Below, one piece after another: positions 41,161 to 53,518 of a stretch of DNA of 64,000 nucleotides. The notes under the pieces were generated by a model. The model worked only from the letters and a program-made list of their open reading frames with translations, made no database searches and was not told the DNA's origin. This DNA is from Balanoglossus misakiensis (taxonomy: Eukaryota; Animalia; Hemichordata). Numbering within the stretch: position 1 is the first letter of the stretch; each line of letters opens with the position of its first letter. The stretch spans positions 2,472,699-2,536,698 of the forward strand of contig CM082581.2 of the NCBI GenBank assembly GCA_040954595.2. The letters run 5' to 3'. A program made the position numbers and the translations under genes.

Positions 41161-42486
41161 ATAAAAATGCAAGATTCACAGAAGATTACTTCTTTCAGTT
41201 TTACAGGAGATCATCTAAACTTGTAAAAAAAATCTCTCTATTTTTTGCATGGCACCATGGTAAAATATGAAAATTTGCAATGTTTGATCTTCTGTGTCTC
41301 GATCATGTTTGATCTAATTTTCACGAAATTTTCAGATTGTATTACAATATATGTGCAGATACAGATAGTGACTTAAGTTTTTGATATCTGGATTATAATT
41401 CAAATTCCCAGGCGCTCAAATATGGTAAACCTAGCATTTTACCATTGCAAATAGGCGGCCTTAATTGGGTTGACATTTCATTAGATGGCAATATTTGTTT
41501 ATACACTGCAATTTGCTGAAAATCAGTTCAATCACTGTAGTAAGTGGAAATATTTAAATTCTGATGTATTTTTAGCAATCATAAAGCTGATATTACTACC
41601 AAATAAATGCTATACAGTTACCTCTGGACAGCAAAAATTGCCATCATTCAAGTCATAGTCTCAGATCGGCCCTTTTGCTTGCCTGTGTCGAGCGGATATC
41701 AAAAGTGGAGAAAGTTTGATAGTTTAATTTCAACATGTTACCTGTACTATCCTTGTAGACTATTAACATTAACAAGAATTTCATATTAAATTTTGGTATG
41801 ATATGCATGGAAAGACTGGCTGCTTATAAATCATAAAAATTGACGCCGTTGCACCATACAGTTTTTACAGCACACACACGTATTTTAAGCAAACTGTGTC
41901 GTTCATGTATTCCACTTTTCTCCCTTCCTTGCTGGCTTTCTCTGTTTCTTTTCTGACTGTGTCTTTATGAAATTACTGATTTTTTTTTGGTAATTCAATT
42001 TCTGGCTCAAATAAATTTACTAGAGCTGGTAAGGTTTCCTGAACATTAATCCCTGTATCTTTAACGCAGGTGTGCAAGTTCATATAAAGTTCATTGGTTA
42101 AAGGAATATTATGAGCTGATAAATTTACTAAGCTCTTCTTTCCAGTTAGAAGCTCTGCTATATTATCAACTACTCTTAATGCTACTTCAATAATGTTGCC
42201 TGTGCAAATTGACAATCAAAATATCCATTAGTTAGACAACATATTTGGTTGGGTAATTACAGAATTACTTTAATTCCATGCATACCCTTCCTAAACTCAA
42301 ATTAGAATATATAACTGAAATTATAATTATACACAGGTCTATGAAATGCTAAGAAAATGTAAAATCTAGGAAAGAACATCCATGGGCATTCAGCTCTTAG
42401 CAGATAACATCAATCACTTTGAAGACATGTCACTTCCCAGACTTTACTAAAAAATACTTCAACTCTGAAGTAAAACGCATCTCCAA
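41161..42486. repeat. 1.35-kb block X, copy 3
   Basis: Same sequence; continues into unique DNA after catctccaa. Confidence 0.92.
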
Positions 42487-42989
42487 GTTGCATACACAAT
42501 ATTATAATATACTGTTAGAGATTTATAATGGTTTAAGTGAAAAAAATACAGAGATGTAAATACCCCTGCCATTTATTCAGTGCCATGTAATGCTGCCATT
42601 ATGCACTGATTGACTCTAGCCACTTTCCCAGTAGGAGGAAAAAGACCATATGCCGACTTCAGCATAAAAATCTCAGTTTACTCTGGCTAATTATATTGGA
42701 GTTCTTATCAGTGTTTCGGGACGCTTAGATGATAATCGTTGTAATGGACAACACCAACATATGACGTTAACAAGCGGGAAGAAACGAAAGTTACTCGGTT
42801 TTTGGCATTTTATTTTTATTTGCAAGACCGAGAAATTAAAATATGACAAGTTTAGAAATCAATCAGATTATACAGCATGTCCCACTTTGAATGGTGGCCA
42901 TATTGGATTCTGAACTCCCTAGTAATATAAACATATAGTGTACTTAGTGAGTCTCAGTATAGGGTAATCAACACAATCAGACAAAACTT

Positions 42990-43410
42990 GGGTTACCCAT
43001 TGGAATATTCCTATCAAATTTCAAAGCAATCCCATATGCAGTTTCAGAAAAATCAGTATTTTCTCCAAAATTGTATAATATCTTACTTCAATCGCTTCAG
43101 GGAACATGCCTACCAAAGCTCAAGGCGATCTGACATGCAGTTTGAAAGAAAATAATTTTTGATGAAAAATTCCACAACTTTCACACACAAAACGCAAATA
43201 TGTAAATTTCAAGTATTTTTTTAAACATCTCATTTAATTATCCCCAAGGAACAAGCCTACCAAATTTGAAAGCAATCTCACAAGCGGTTTTAGAGGAAAC
43301 AATTTTTGACCAAAAATGGCAAAAATTGCTACAAAATTATAAATATGCACATTTTTCATCAACCAGGTTTTCATCAACTGGGACCACACATACAAAAGTA
43401 TGCTTCCAAG
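42990..43410. repeat. ~150-bp subrepeat family (catgcctaccaaatttcaaagcaatc), left segment
   Basis: Motif near 43010, 43105 and 43255; the same family recurs at 46.5-47.1 kb. Confidence 0.65.
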
Positions 43411-45001
43411 CAACACGACTCTAGGAGAAAAAATCCTTGTCGCCCTGGTCAAAAAATTGGCTTATACTAAAACATCAAATCGGTTATCTCTCAAAGCTAA
43501 AAGGGTTATCACCAAACAGATTACAATGCCTAAGTTAAAATGTTTAAGACATTTTCTTTAGTTGTGGTTTTGGTTTTATCGGTTTTCCCAATAAAAATTA
43601 GGATAATTTTTTAAGTATGCCAATGGAGAGGTGGAAATCTCACCAGAAAAGCGAAAATACACCAACCACGTTTAAACCGTAAAATTAAAAAAAAAACACC
43701 TGCAAACACTGAGGTGACTCATATAAAAACCTCAAAGAACGTATGGAATTATGTATGGAAAAATACCGTGGTTTCCTGACCTTCCGCTAAACAAAGACTA
43801 TACGTATGGAACTATCGTTCCGTCCACCAGCAAAGAGACTTTCCAGAGAAAAACGTTCTACCCGTACCTTATGTCGCCACAGTGACGTGCCATTTTGCCA
43901 CAACCGTTCGACAGTATGGTCGACTATTTTGACACTAAACATCCTGCAGCGCTGCCATCCTTTTCAATCTCACAAACTGGCCCTACGTGCGCTTAGGCAA
44001 GAGGCCTAGCAATAAAATTCTCACAAAATATAACCCTATAAATATGACTAGACTTTCTCGATTATGACTTCCTGGTCTCCTGATTCGGGAGCCAGCGCAG
44101 CCATACCCAGAATAGCCGACAGGCTAGCTGCACGCCCGTAGCTCGGAATTGTTTCTGGAATTAAACCTACTTCTGTTCAACTACAAGGTGTTGTACGGAT
44201 AGCTGCAAGTCACCCAATACCAGACAAAACAATCGAGTGACGGTAACATAGCTAAATAGGCTATTGTACTAAAAGCAATGATTCGATTATGAGCCTACCG
44301 AAAAGACGTCTTGATCCCGCGGCAAGTAGAAGGAAAGTGGTCGAAACCCGGCGTCGCACACCGGAAACGGATCAATGATCACCTGTTGTTATGGTGAGTA
44401 GAACGTGTTACCCAATCACAGACCAAAGTTAGCATTACGACACACTAATGAATATGCATACATGCTACAGCTGCATATTTTATTTCTTTAGAACGCTCTG
44501 GAACATGCTCGCATTCGAAAGAATATCTCATTTGCTTTTTGAGTGTGAGTGCCTCATTGTCTACACAATAAAATCGGGGGGGGGGGGGCACAGTGGGTAA
44601 TTTCTACCACAGCCACGCATTTCAAACCAGGCAAGCGAACTGCAAACTTCCGATGTCTGAGCAACGGGTTTGATGTGCCTTGTGTTGTGAACACTTATTC
44701 GACTTCGAGGAAACAGAGCTATAATACTTCCTAATGTGTTTCTCTTTCTGTGTCATTTTGGTCAGTCAGACCACGATACCCGAGATCGTAAACTGCTTGG
44801 GTTAGGTCGCTTAGGAGGCTGCAACTGCGGCCACAGGTCATGTCGGTGTGTGTTGTAAACAAACATGGTAAATGCCTCCCGCACAGCAACACGCTCGCTC
44901 TACCAGCAGTCACTGTGCTCTACCGTACTGTCGATCGTTTCCATGTCAGTTTCACGTTGGCTCGTTATAATGTCCCTATGCTTATCGTAATCTCGGGATC
45001 G

Positions 45002-45510
45002 TAATTATTATTTTATTATTATTATGATTATTATTTATCTTTATTTCAGACACAACCGTCCATAGAAATAGGTTACAAAAACTGACAAAACACTAGAAAA
45101 GTAATAAATAAAATAAATGTAAAAAATATAATAGTTTTAAGAATCAATGTAAAATGTCAATCCAGTGGGTATGTAGTCCATAAAAGCGCATATCTCATGA
45201 GACAAGACGATTGATCAAAACATTGGGACTAGTACAGAGACGAACAGAAAAATTAAAAGCGACTTTTCTTCTCATGACGGAGAAGCAGTTTACGGCGTTT
45301 AGAACAAATATTTTAGAGGCACTTTCGTGTCCGGGTGACCAAGAAGTCTTCGAAGTGCATTGTTGTGACATACGATGATATTCCGGATATTATAATCGCA
45401 CCATAAATGAAAGTCATAAATGTTATTACAAAAAGCATTAAATAAACACAATTTCACATCGACAGAACACGAATTGAACTTTCTCAGGAGAAAATTAGGC
45501 CTAGCCCTTC
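45002..45510 (-). mobile_element. 5'-truncated non-LTR retrotransposon (ORF2 C-terminus, 3' UTR, AAT-rich tail)
   Basis: The minus strand translates ARPNFLLRKFNSCSVDVKLCLFNAFCNNIYDFHLWCDY...VCHNNALRRLLG/[frameshift]ESASKIFV...RRKVAFNFSVRLCTSPNVLI, a typical post-RT LINE region. It ends gtctgaaataaa plus (AAT)n. Confidence 0.8.
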
Positions 45511-46519
45511 CACATGTTATGTATTCGTGTTATGATAGTCCCACTGATCTGACAACACGCTCGCTTTTATTGTGGCCTTTTGTCCCGTTCGCCAGCACTG
45601 TGTATAGGCCTGCGTTTTCCGTTAACAGACTATCCCGTTCGCCAACTTTACTGAACTGCAAATTGAAGAATCGGTTTGCAGCTAGGACGAAACGGCCGGG
45701 GTCGCGTACATTAAAGGCCGAACCGATAAGAATAAGTGCCGTAACGACTTGTTACCGACTGGGACGGCTACGAGCCAAGAGCATATTGCAGCTCAGTGTG
45801 GCAGGGCCGGCGGTGTGTCTTACGGGCGATGTCTCCACACACTGTACTGCTCTGTTTGATAAGAGTGTCCAAGCTTCGGACCACGGTCATGTTCGGACTT
45901 ATGTCTTAACTTTGCTTTGTAAACACATTACCAACGTACAACCCCTCCATGTTTGCAGAGAAATTAGATGAAGTCACATGGCGGAGTTCTCATCCTATCG
46001 GGATGCGTTTATATCGGAATCGGCTGCTTTTCCATCGTCGAGTTTGATTTCATGTCCGATTCATAGTCGAGTTTTATGATGATCCCTGATTGATATATAT
46101 TTTTTTCGGGCGCGCCGGGGGGGGTTCCATGGGATTGATAATTCGAGGCAGGAGAAGAAATATGTCGACAGCGCAAATTGCCATTTTCTCGCTTTGTTTC
46201 GTCGATTTTGACAACTTCCCTCTGCATTGGTCGAGTGGTCTTAAATTTTACCCATCTAACAAAACAACTTTGTAGTCTATAAAGTGCTCCCAGCTGGAAT
46301 AAACGTCGATTCAATTCGATTCACCATGGATTTGATCAAATTTTCTAAAAAACTCACTTGCGGGCGCTGCTCTCAATGAAAGCAGGTAACGTAACACAAA
46401 CTGGTCGTTTTTTCATACTTGTGCTATATTAAAGTAGGAAGCGTGGCCAACGTTTGGACTTAATTTGTTGTTATTGACCTAATACCACACGAGCTGATAT
46501 GACCTAATTTCAAAAAACT

Positions 46520-47090
46520 GTCCCAAAACTGCCAAACTCAAATATTCAAACATCACCATAATTGTACAATATCTTACATCAATCAGTATAAGGAACATGC
46601 TTACCGAAGTTCAAAGCAATCTAACAAGTGGTTTCAAGGACAAAAACTTCTGACGAAAAATTGCAACAGTTAGGCCCTACCTCAAGAACATAAATATGCA
46701 CATTTCAGCAAAAATTTAACACAACTCACAATTGCTTAACCCTGAAAACATGCCTACCAATTTTCAAAGCAATCTGACAAGCGATTTCCGAGAAAACGAA
46801 TTTTGACCAAAAATTGCAAAATTTGGCCCATACAATTACAAATACGCAAACTTAGCAACAATTTGAAAAAAAAACAAAGATCACCTATAGGAAGCTTTAT
46901 AATTATACTGAATTTTTTTTAGAGAAATCGACCAATCACTTTCATAGAAGATGTGGAAAAAATGACAAAAGTCATAAAAAGTAGAAAATTCACGATATAA
47001 GGTCAAAACTTATAGAGCTCTGTGATGTTGGCAGAAGATATATGCATACCAATTTTCAAAGAAATCTGACCAGTAGTTTTCAGCTAATGT
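46520..47090. repeat. ~150-bp subrepeat family, right segment
   Basis: aacatgc(t/c)tacc...tcaaagcaatct at ~46595 and ~46748, with a variant at ~47043. Confidence 0.65.
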
Positions 47091-48669
47091 GTCCGAGATC
47101 AGACAAAAACAGAGAACAGAACAGCCAAAGTGAGAGAACAGAATAGCCAAAACTATCACCAGCGCTTAACTCCACATCTGAAAGCGAACCATTTGTTAGA
47201 GCGATATTCAGGTCCTAAGAAAACTCAAACTTCAATCAGACAGAACATACTGGTAATCACAATTGCCTTCTGATTGGAATCTGTGCAGGAAAAGCAACAA
47301 CAAATACTGATCCTCACCTGAAATCAAAGAGACAGACAAAAGCACTCATTTTATCAGAATATTTATTTTAAGTATGCAAAAATCCTAACATGATATATCT
47401 GTCTACTTATTTATCATGATAGGAAAATTGTTGGAATAAAAATATCAAAGATATTCCTTCCTAATGCTGCATATACTATTTACATACTCTGGCAGTCTTG
47501 TAAATACAATGAAATGTTAGTCAAAAGCTCTTCTTAAGAACTGAGTAATTCTCAGTACAAAAAGCAATGTGTGGAAAATACCAACTTAGCATCTTATGCA
47601 AAATCAACAAAATTGAGGAATGGTGTCCCCCCCTCCCCTTCAGCACTATACATGATTCAACAGCCTCAGAGGGTCATTCTTCACACACACATAAAATGAA
47701 TGGCTGATTACATGAAATATTTTCGAAAGTCAATAAGTGGTCATGAAAGGCTCTTGTTTTTGTTAAAATAAAAAAATGTTAGGAAATTCAAGAAAAGTAA
47801 AAAGCAATGTATGTGAATATTGATATTAAAAACATGTGATTTTAATTGTTTGGCTACTATGGTCACTGGATAGAAGAGATTAGGACTCTTTAATGACTTT
47901 ATTTGCATTTGAATAGTGAACTTTCCTTTTGACGTTGAACCCCCTAGCTGGACGAGAAAATGATCTAAATGTATCATGAACGTTTATTTTGTTGACACCA
48001 TTCATTAATTTACCTTTTTAAGCATATATAAATGCATTATATCTCGATTGTAATTTGATTGCATTTCGAGTCTATTAAAGTACTTTTCGTCGTACGAGGT
48101 CTCCTTCACTCCAGTCACTTCCTTATAACAGACTATATTTCTTCACATGCATCTAATAGTTTGATTCTAACATACTTGTCACGGGTGTCGCCGTTCACCA
48201 CAAAACACACCAACATGGTTTAAAGGTTTCACAAGACATAGGCCTATAACATTTCTTAACTGAAATTGAACAGGGACATCATCAGTTCATATGTGTGGCC
48301 GGTCTGGCTACACAGGTGAACTGCTAAATTACGCACATGTATGGGAGTTCACCTACAGCAGAATACACAAAAATTCATGCAAGTGAAAAATACAGAAGTA
48401 CAATTGAAGACTTGACGCAAGTTCAGACACCAATTACAGGCCTTCCATAGACATTATGTGTAGAGCATCCAAACCCCAAGTAAAGCACGTGTTAAACACA
48501 TAGTGTGACATCCAGCCTACTAAGTCCAGCCGAAAATGCTTTATAGTGGAGCATAGTTCTGTATAGTTTTACGTCTGATTCTTTCAAGCGTGACATCCAA
48601 TATACACATTTTCGCCACTAGGGGCGCCCCGCGTCCGCCATTGCCGTTTGGAAAGTTGTCGCAGGTAAG

Positions 48670-49113
48670 CGATTTTCTGCTCTTTATACCTAGTCAGAAA
48701 CCTTTTCGCATTTAAGACTATGATCAACGAACAACTATTATAACAAAGCGCCACCGTGTAAAGTTTCGATACACTAGTCGCGGTAGTTTTTTCAGAGATC
48801 TTCGCCAAAATTTGATTTACCGTGTGCATGCGGTATACTTTCCTATACTGTACACAGTAAACACTGGAACGCAGTCGTACCTCGTATTACGATTTTCTTC
48901 TCTTTATACCTAGTCGGAAACCTTTTCGCATTTAAGACTATGATCAACGAACAACTATTATAACAAAGCGCCACCGTGTAAAGTTTCGATACACTAGTTG
49001 CGGTAGTTTTTTCAGAGATCTTCGCCAAAATTTGATTTACAGTGTGCATGTGGTATACTTTCCTATACTGTACACAGTAAGTAAACACTGGAACGCAGTC
49101 GTACCTCGTATTA
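48670..49113. repeat. 220-bp tandem duplication
   Basis: gattttct(g/t)ctctttatacctagtc starts at 48671 and 48891; copy 2 has an extra GTAA; the minus-strand ORF text is duplicated. Confidence 0.95.
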
Positions 49114-49242
49114 CATTTCCGTTTGTACACTCGCACGGTGCATTTCTAAATCACTTCGACAAAATTTGGAAACCGTGTGAATTCCTACATGCATTGGCCG
49201 GTGTCCATAAGTGCTCGGCGTGATCCGTTATGTGGATTTGAT

Positions 49243-49363
49243 CACAGGTGCTCGTGGACGTGTGCTGTCACAGGGGAGAGCGAATGGGAGCGAAGGAAAT
49301 CGCTCCTAGCAGATCCCCCCATTCGCTCTCCCCTGTGACAGCACAAGTCCACGAGCACCTGTG
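49243..49363. mobile_element. 121-bp MITE with long TIRs and an 8-bp TSD
   Basis: Arms cacaggtgctcgtggacgtgtgctgtcacaggggagagcgaatggg and its near-perfect inverse; GATTTGAT at 49235-42 and 49364-71. Confidence 0.9.
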
Positions 49364-49528
49364 GATTTGATAGTGAGGCAACAGTGTGTTCCTTGACGTC
49401 CTGTTATTTACAAATTACACAACGTCGAAGAACGTAAATTTGGTACACAGTTACCCATTCCACATCACGCCTGTGATGAGTACCATATGATAGTAAGTGA
49501 TGCTTTATGTTTTTTCTTTCTTTTCCAG

Positions 49529-49770
49529 GCAAGCCATTCTGTGGATAGTGGCAGAGCAGCCAATCCCTGAACTATGCAAAAAGTCTGCAATGTGTGCCAA
49601 AAGACATTTAAGACTTGTACTGGACTATGCAAACATTTCAGAGTACATACAAATACCTTCCCATACTGGTGTTCTTTTTGTGGTAAAGGTTTTCATGAGA
49701 GGGTGAGGCTTGATGAACATAAATCTTCACATACAAAGAGAGGTTTTGTGCGCCGCAAGTTTGTGGATTT
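49529..49770 (+). pseudogene. Decayed C2H2 zinc-finger exon (2 fingers plus a degenerate third)
   Basis: Strong acceptor ttttctttcttttccag ending at 49528; CNVCQKTFKTCTGLCKHFRVH-TNTFPYW-CSFCGKGFHERVRLDEHKSSH; in-frame TGA at 49568-70 upstream of the fingers; the third finger has lost its Cys. Confidence 0.8.
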
Positions 49771-50900
49771 TCTGCTAATCTTATCTTGGTATGAAATGGC
49801 ATGAAGCTAAACACTAAGATGAAATTCACCTATGTCATAGACATCTTCAGTTCATACATGTGGCCGGTCTGGATACAGAGGTGAACTGACTAAGTATATG
49901 CATGGTGTCCTTTTATATCAGCAATCTACACTATGGTGGCGCATTACCTTGAGTTCATTAGTCAAATGAAACATCCTGGTGGTTTGCATATAATTGAGAT
50001 CATCAAATAGACTGTAAGTTCTATCATTACTAGAAAGGTGTTCTCATGCATAAATGATTAAATGATGACTGCAAAGAATACAGGTGTTACATACATACAG
50101 ATATTACATATATATTCAAGTGAACGAATGGTTTGGTCCAAATCCATTGTTTCCTGCTGGAAAGTTGGATGTCTACACAGGGAATTGGGTGAAAGGTGAG
50201 AGTGCTAAGAAAAAAGGCTGATGGTAATTTTCCATTTTTATCTAAATTGAATACATGTGTGGGCTTAATCTTTCCCAATAATGCTGACACACAAAAAGTT
50301 CATTGTTTTACCAAACTTTCCTTGAGAGTCGAATGAAGGCACTGGATATTAGCACAGAGACTGATTTTTTCCACACACCACTTTTCTCTTTTCATAGAGC
50401 TCCATTCAAATTTTGTACACAACAATGTAATAACATTGTCACTACCCAAGCCTAACTTTCAAATTACAATGTGACATTTCAAAACACTGTTAGACTCCCC
50501 AATGAACCATTAACTCTGGATCAGCATCCCTTCAAATTAGTGATAGCCCTGGGGTGAGTTTCGTTAATTTTGTTATAATGGTGTTATTTAATTGTTTGGC
50601 TGTAACACAAATTACTACATGGAAGTATAAACATGTTATGTCCACACATATGCTGTAGGTTCAGCTTCAATTCAATTTTCAGCAATCAGATCATAACAAA
50701 TTATTCCAAAAAAAATGAACATCAAGAGCTGGTGACTTTGTGGCTTTCACATGATAAATATAAACGTGTGAACATTGCCCCATGCTAGAGTGTGATATTA
50801 ACACGTCTCAAACAACCTACAATTCTCTGTATATAATGAAACACATTCATTATAGCTGGATTAGTTGGTTCACAGGTAATCTGTAACCAGATAGGCTGAC

Positions 50901-50972
50901 CTGAGCAATCCATGTTTTTGCAAGTGTTTTATTGTCACTGTCATAGTGTGACTTCTTTGGTGTAATGCTCCA
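50901..50972 (-). other. Candidate isolated 72-bp exon (WSITPKKSHYDSDNKTLAKTWIAQ), product unknown
   Basis: ttgtgttcag acceptor, CAG|gtcag donor, open in phase 0-0. No family recognised. Confidence 0.25.
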
Positions 50973-51178
50973 CTGAACACAAGAGTATTAAAATTGGACA
51001 GATAAATGACCAATAACACAAAGTCTGTGATTGGGTAATACAAATGATAAGTACACAACTGGAAGATCTGTCACTCAAAGTTTTGTCTATTGCTCTTTTC
51101 CCTGAGGGAGAAATAGAGAGCAATTTTAGAGATACGTTCTTCAGTTTAATGATCAGGCTTTAATGAAATATTAGTCTA

Positions 51179-51547
51179 GTATATAGCTGTATTTTGTCAG
51201 CTTTGCTTCCAAAAACTATGCATGCCACTGCCCCAATAAAGCACGATACCCCTTGCTGGGAATTGTGATGTAATTAATATCACTTTGAAGTCAATCACAG
51301 ACTTTTTTTTCCATTGATTGGTCAAAGGATACATGTGTTGTTAAGGATGAGTACCATTTTGACTTTAGATTAGCCTTGCCTTCACTGTATCTTTACACAC
51401 AATCACCATTGATCAGTTTATGTGCGTGACTTCGAGGGGGATGCTAGTTACATCACAGTTCCCAGCAAGGGCTATCAGGTTTTATTGGGCCAGTGGCATG
51501 CATGACTCTAAATGTTCGTTTTGGAAGCAGAAAAAATGGGTATATAC
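51179..51547. mobile_element. ~370-bp palindromic MITE, possibly with a TA TSD
   Basis: catgccactgccccaataaa...ccttgctgggaattgtgatgtaatta is inverted as tagttacatcacagttcccagcaaggg...tttattgggccagtggcatg; ends are TA|gtatata ... tatatac|TA. Confidence 0.75.
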
Positions 51548-52084
51548 TAACAGTATAGAAAACATTTTCCAATTTCCGAAAAACCTCTTTTTTACATAAT
51601 TACTGCTGAAAAAGTTAGAAATTTATGAAAATATTCCTTATTCTTTGCCAATTTCTAATGAAAAAATTACATAAAGGTATTCTTAGTCTCTTTCCTGCAG
51701 CTGTACAGCAGGAAAAATGCATTTTGTCATATTTTGGCTTTAAACTCAAATTAAAATTTATCTGTGAAAAAACTGAGTCTCCATCAAAGCCACGTACATG
51801 ACAGTCCTTTTGATTTTTTTCTAATGAAACTTTGTCTCCATGTTTATCATGAGTAATATTTCTATTGAAAAATTGCAAGTGTGTGAATTGTTTGTAAAAT
51901 TTCGCCAGAAAAAAACAATAGCATCAACAAGTAAATCTGAAACCCAATATTTATTACAAGAATTGTTAGATTAATATCCGTATCACACAAATCCGTTGGA
52001 TTTCGTATGAATTTCAGGAAATAAGCACTGCTCATTGACAAATCCATATTTTGCAGCTGAAATACTTGGAAAAGAGTCAGTGGC

Positions 52085-52603
52085 ATGTGAGAGCTTGGAA
52101 ATTTCCAAGCACTGACAAGGGTCAGTGGTCGGAAATTTCCAGACACTCAGGGAATGTGAGAGCCTGGAAATTTCCAAGCACTGACAAGGGTCAGTGGTCG
52201 GAAATTTCCAGACACTCAGGGAATGTGAGAGCCTGGAAATTTCCAAGCACTGACAAGGGTTAGTGGTCGGAAATTTCCAGACACTCAGGGAATGTGAGAG
52301 CTTAGAAATTTCCAAGCACTGACAAGGGTCAGTGGTCGGAAATTTCCAGACACTCAGGGAATGTGAGAGCCTGGAAATTTCCAAGCACTGACAAGGGTCA
52401 GTGGTCGGAAATTTCCAGACACTCAGGGAATGTGAGAGCCTGGAAATTTCCAAGCACTGACAAGGGTCAGTGGTCGCAAATTTCCGGACACTCAGGGAAT
52501 GTGAGAGCCTTGAAATTTCCAAGCACTGACAAGGGTCAGTGGTCGGAAATTTCCAGACACTCAGGGAATGTGAGAGCCTTGAAATTTGCAAGCACTGACA
52601 GGG
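52085..52603 (+). repeat. 69-bp tandem array, left arm (~7.5 units)
   Basis: Unit atgtgagagcctggaaatttccaagcactgacaagggtcagtggtcggaaatttccagacactcaggga at 52085, 52154, 52223, 52292, 52361, 52430, 52499 and 52569. Confidence 0.97.
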
Positions 52604-52672
52604 TCGTGGTAGTCCCCCGTACAGGTATGCGTTCTCCCGGCGTTTAATACATGGCTTCCACCACATCTCTGC

Positions 52673-53066
52673 AAGGCTCCATGGACAAAACTGATTCGTC
52701 TGAGATCCGGATCCGGACAGCAGCTTTTCGGCCGAGATTCGATTTTATCGGGGGGAATCTTTCCCCCGTCTACCCACAAATGACTCCAAATATGATGTAA
52801 TTAACTTCCGAGCCGCTCGCTTTCTGATTTTCTCTTGTGTTTACCTGTTGAGATCGCCATATTGAATACAGTGAGGTTATCTCAATGGGTAAACACAAAA
52901 GTTTCAGAAAGCGAGCGGTTCGGATGTTAGAAGAAGTCAATCGTGGAGTCGGTTATAACCGGTTAGTAGACAGGGAAAGGATATTCTCCCGATAAAATCG
53001 AATTTCGACGAAAAGCTCTGGTACGGATCTGGACCGCAGACGCAACAGGTTTGTCTAAGGAGCCTT
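52673..53066. repeat. ~400-bp imperfect palindrome at the centre of the foldback element
   Basis: Paired blocks aaggctcc/ggagcctt, attcgattttatcggg/cccgataaaatcgaat, ccgctcgctttctga/tcagaaagcgagcgg and tgtgtttacc/ggtaaacaca; loop near 52868. Confidence 0.9.
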
Positions 53067-53269
53067 AGCGTCACAATGTTCATGACAGGCTTCGCCTACC
53101 AACTCCTCTGAGTTAGCCCATACACTAGTTGTTTATTGGGAATTGGTATTGTTTATCTGACATAATTGTTCTTTCTACTCTGTATACAAAGTCACAACTT
53201 CACAACTACCAAATGCTATTGTTCTTGAATTATGCAGTGTTACCAAATGTCACAGTTCAAACCACTGTT

Positions 53270-53518
53270 TATAAACAAGTATTGGCCATCCCGCCCCTCT
53301 CTCTTCATTCCGAACCTATTCCCAAGTGTACGCGGTACATTTGTTGGTGCCGAGACCAGGATGTCGGGCATGGAGAGAGAGAGAAGAACAGCAGAAGAGG
53401 CCACCGCAGTCAAATGACCAATCTCATCCGTAGGGTTGAAGATATAAACACAGGCGCAGTTCCTCAACAGATAGCTTTCCTAAAGGCCATAATTTGAAAC
53501 ATGACAGAGAAACTCAAG
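53270..53518 (+). mobile_element. LTR-retrotransposon 5' fragment (LTR end, PBS, gag start), BEL/Pao-like; left boundary approximate
   Basis: ...GGTACA end at 53339, PBS-like TGGTGCCGAGACCAGGAT (53345-62, tRNA-His/Phe-type), then gag-like EKNSRRGHRSQMTNLIRRVEDI...QQIAFLKAII. Confidence 0.6.

Noticed and set aside
45420-45971. 183-aa plus-strand ORF
   Set aside because: No recognisable domain; its start is antisense to the LINE remnant.
48275-48323. EGF-like reading (FICV/RSGYTGEL) of the 49-bp direct repeat
   Set aside because: It needs a frameshift present in both copies, and splice sites and the other cysteines are missing.
48614-48630. CTCF site (ccactaggggcgc)
   Set aside because: One G short of the core consensus; a single motif with no support.
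49243-49250. RSS heptamer / Transib-RAG end (CACAGGTG)
   Set aside because: Not CACAGTG, no nonamer, and the TSD is 8 bp rather than 5.
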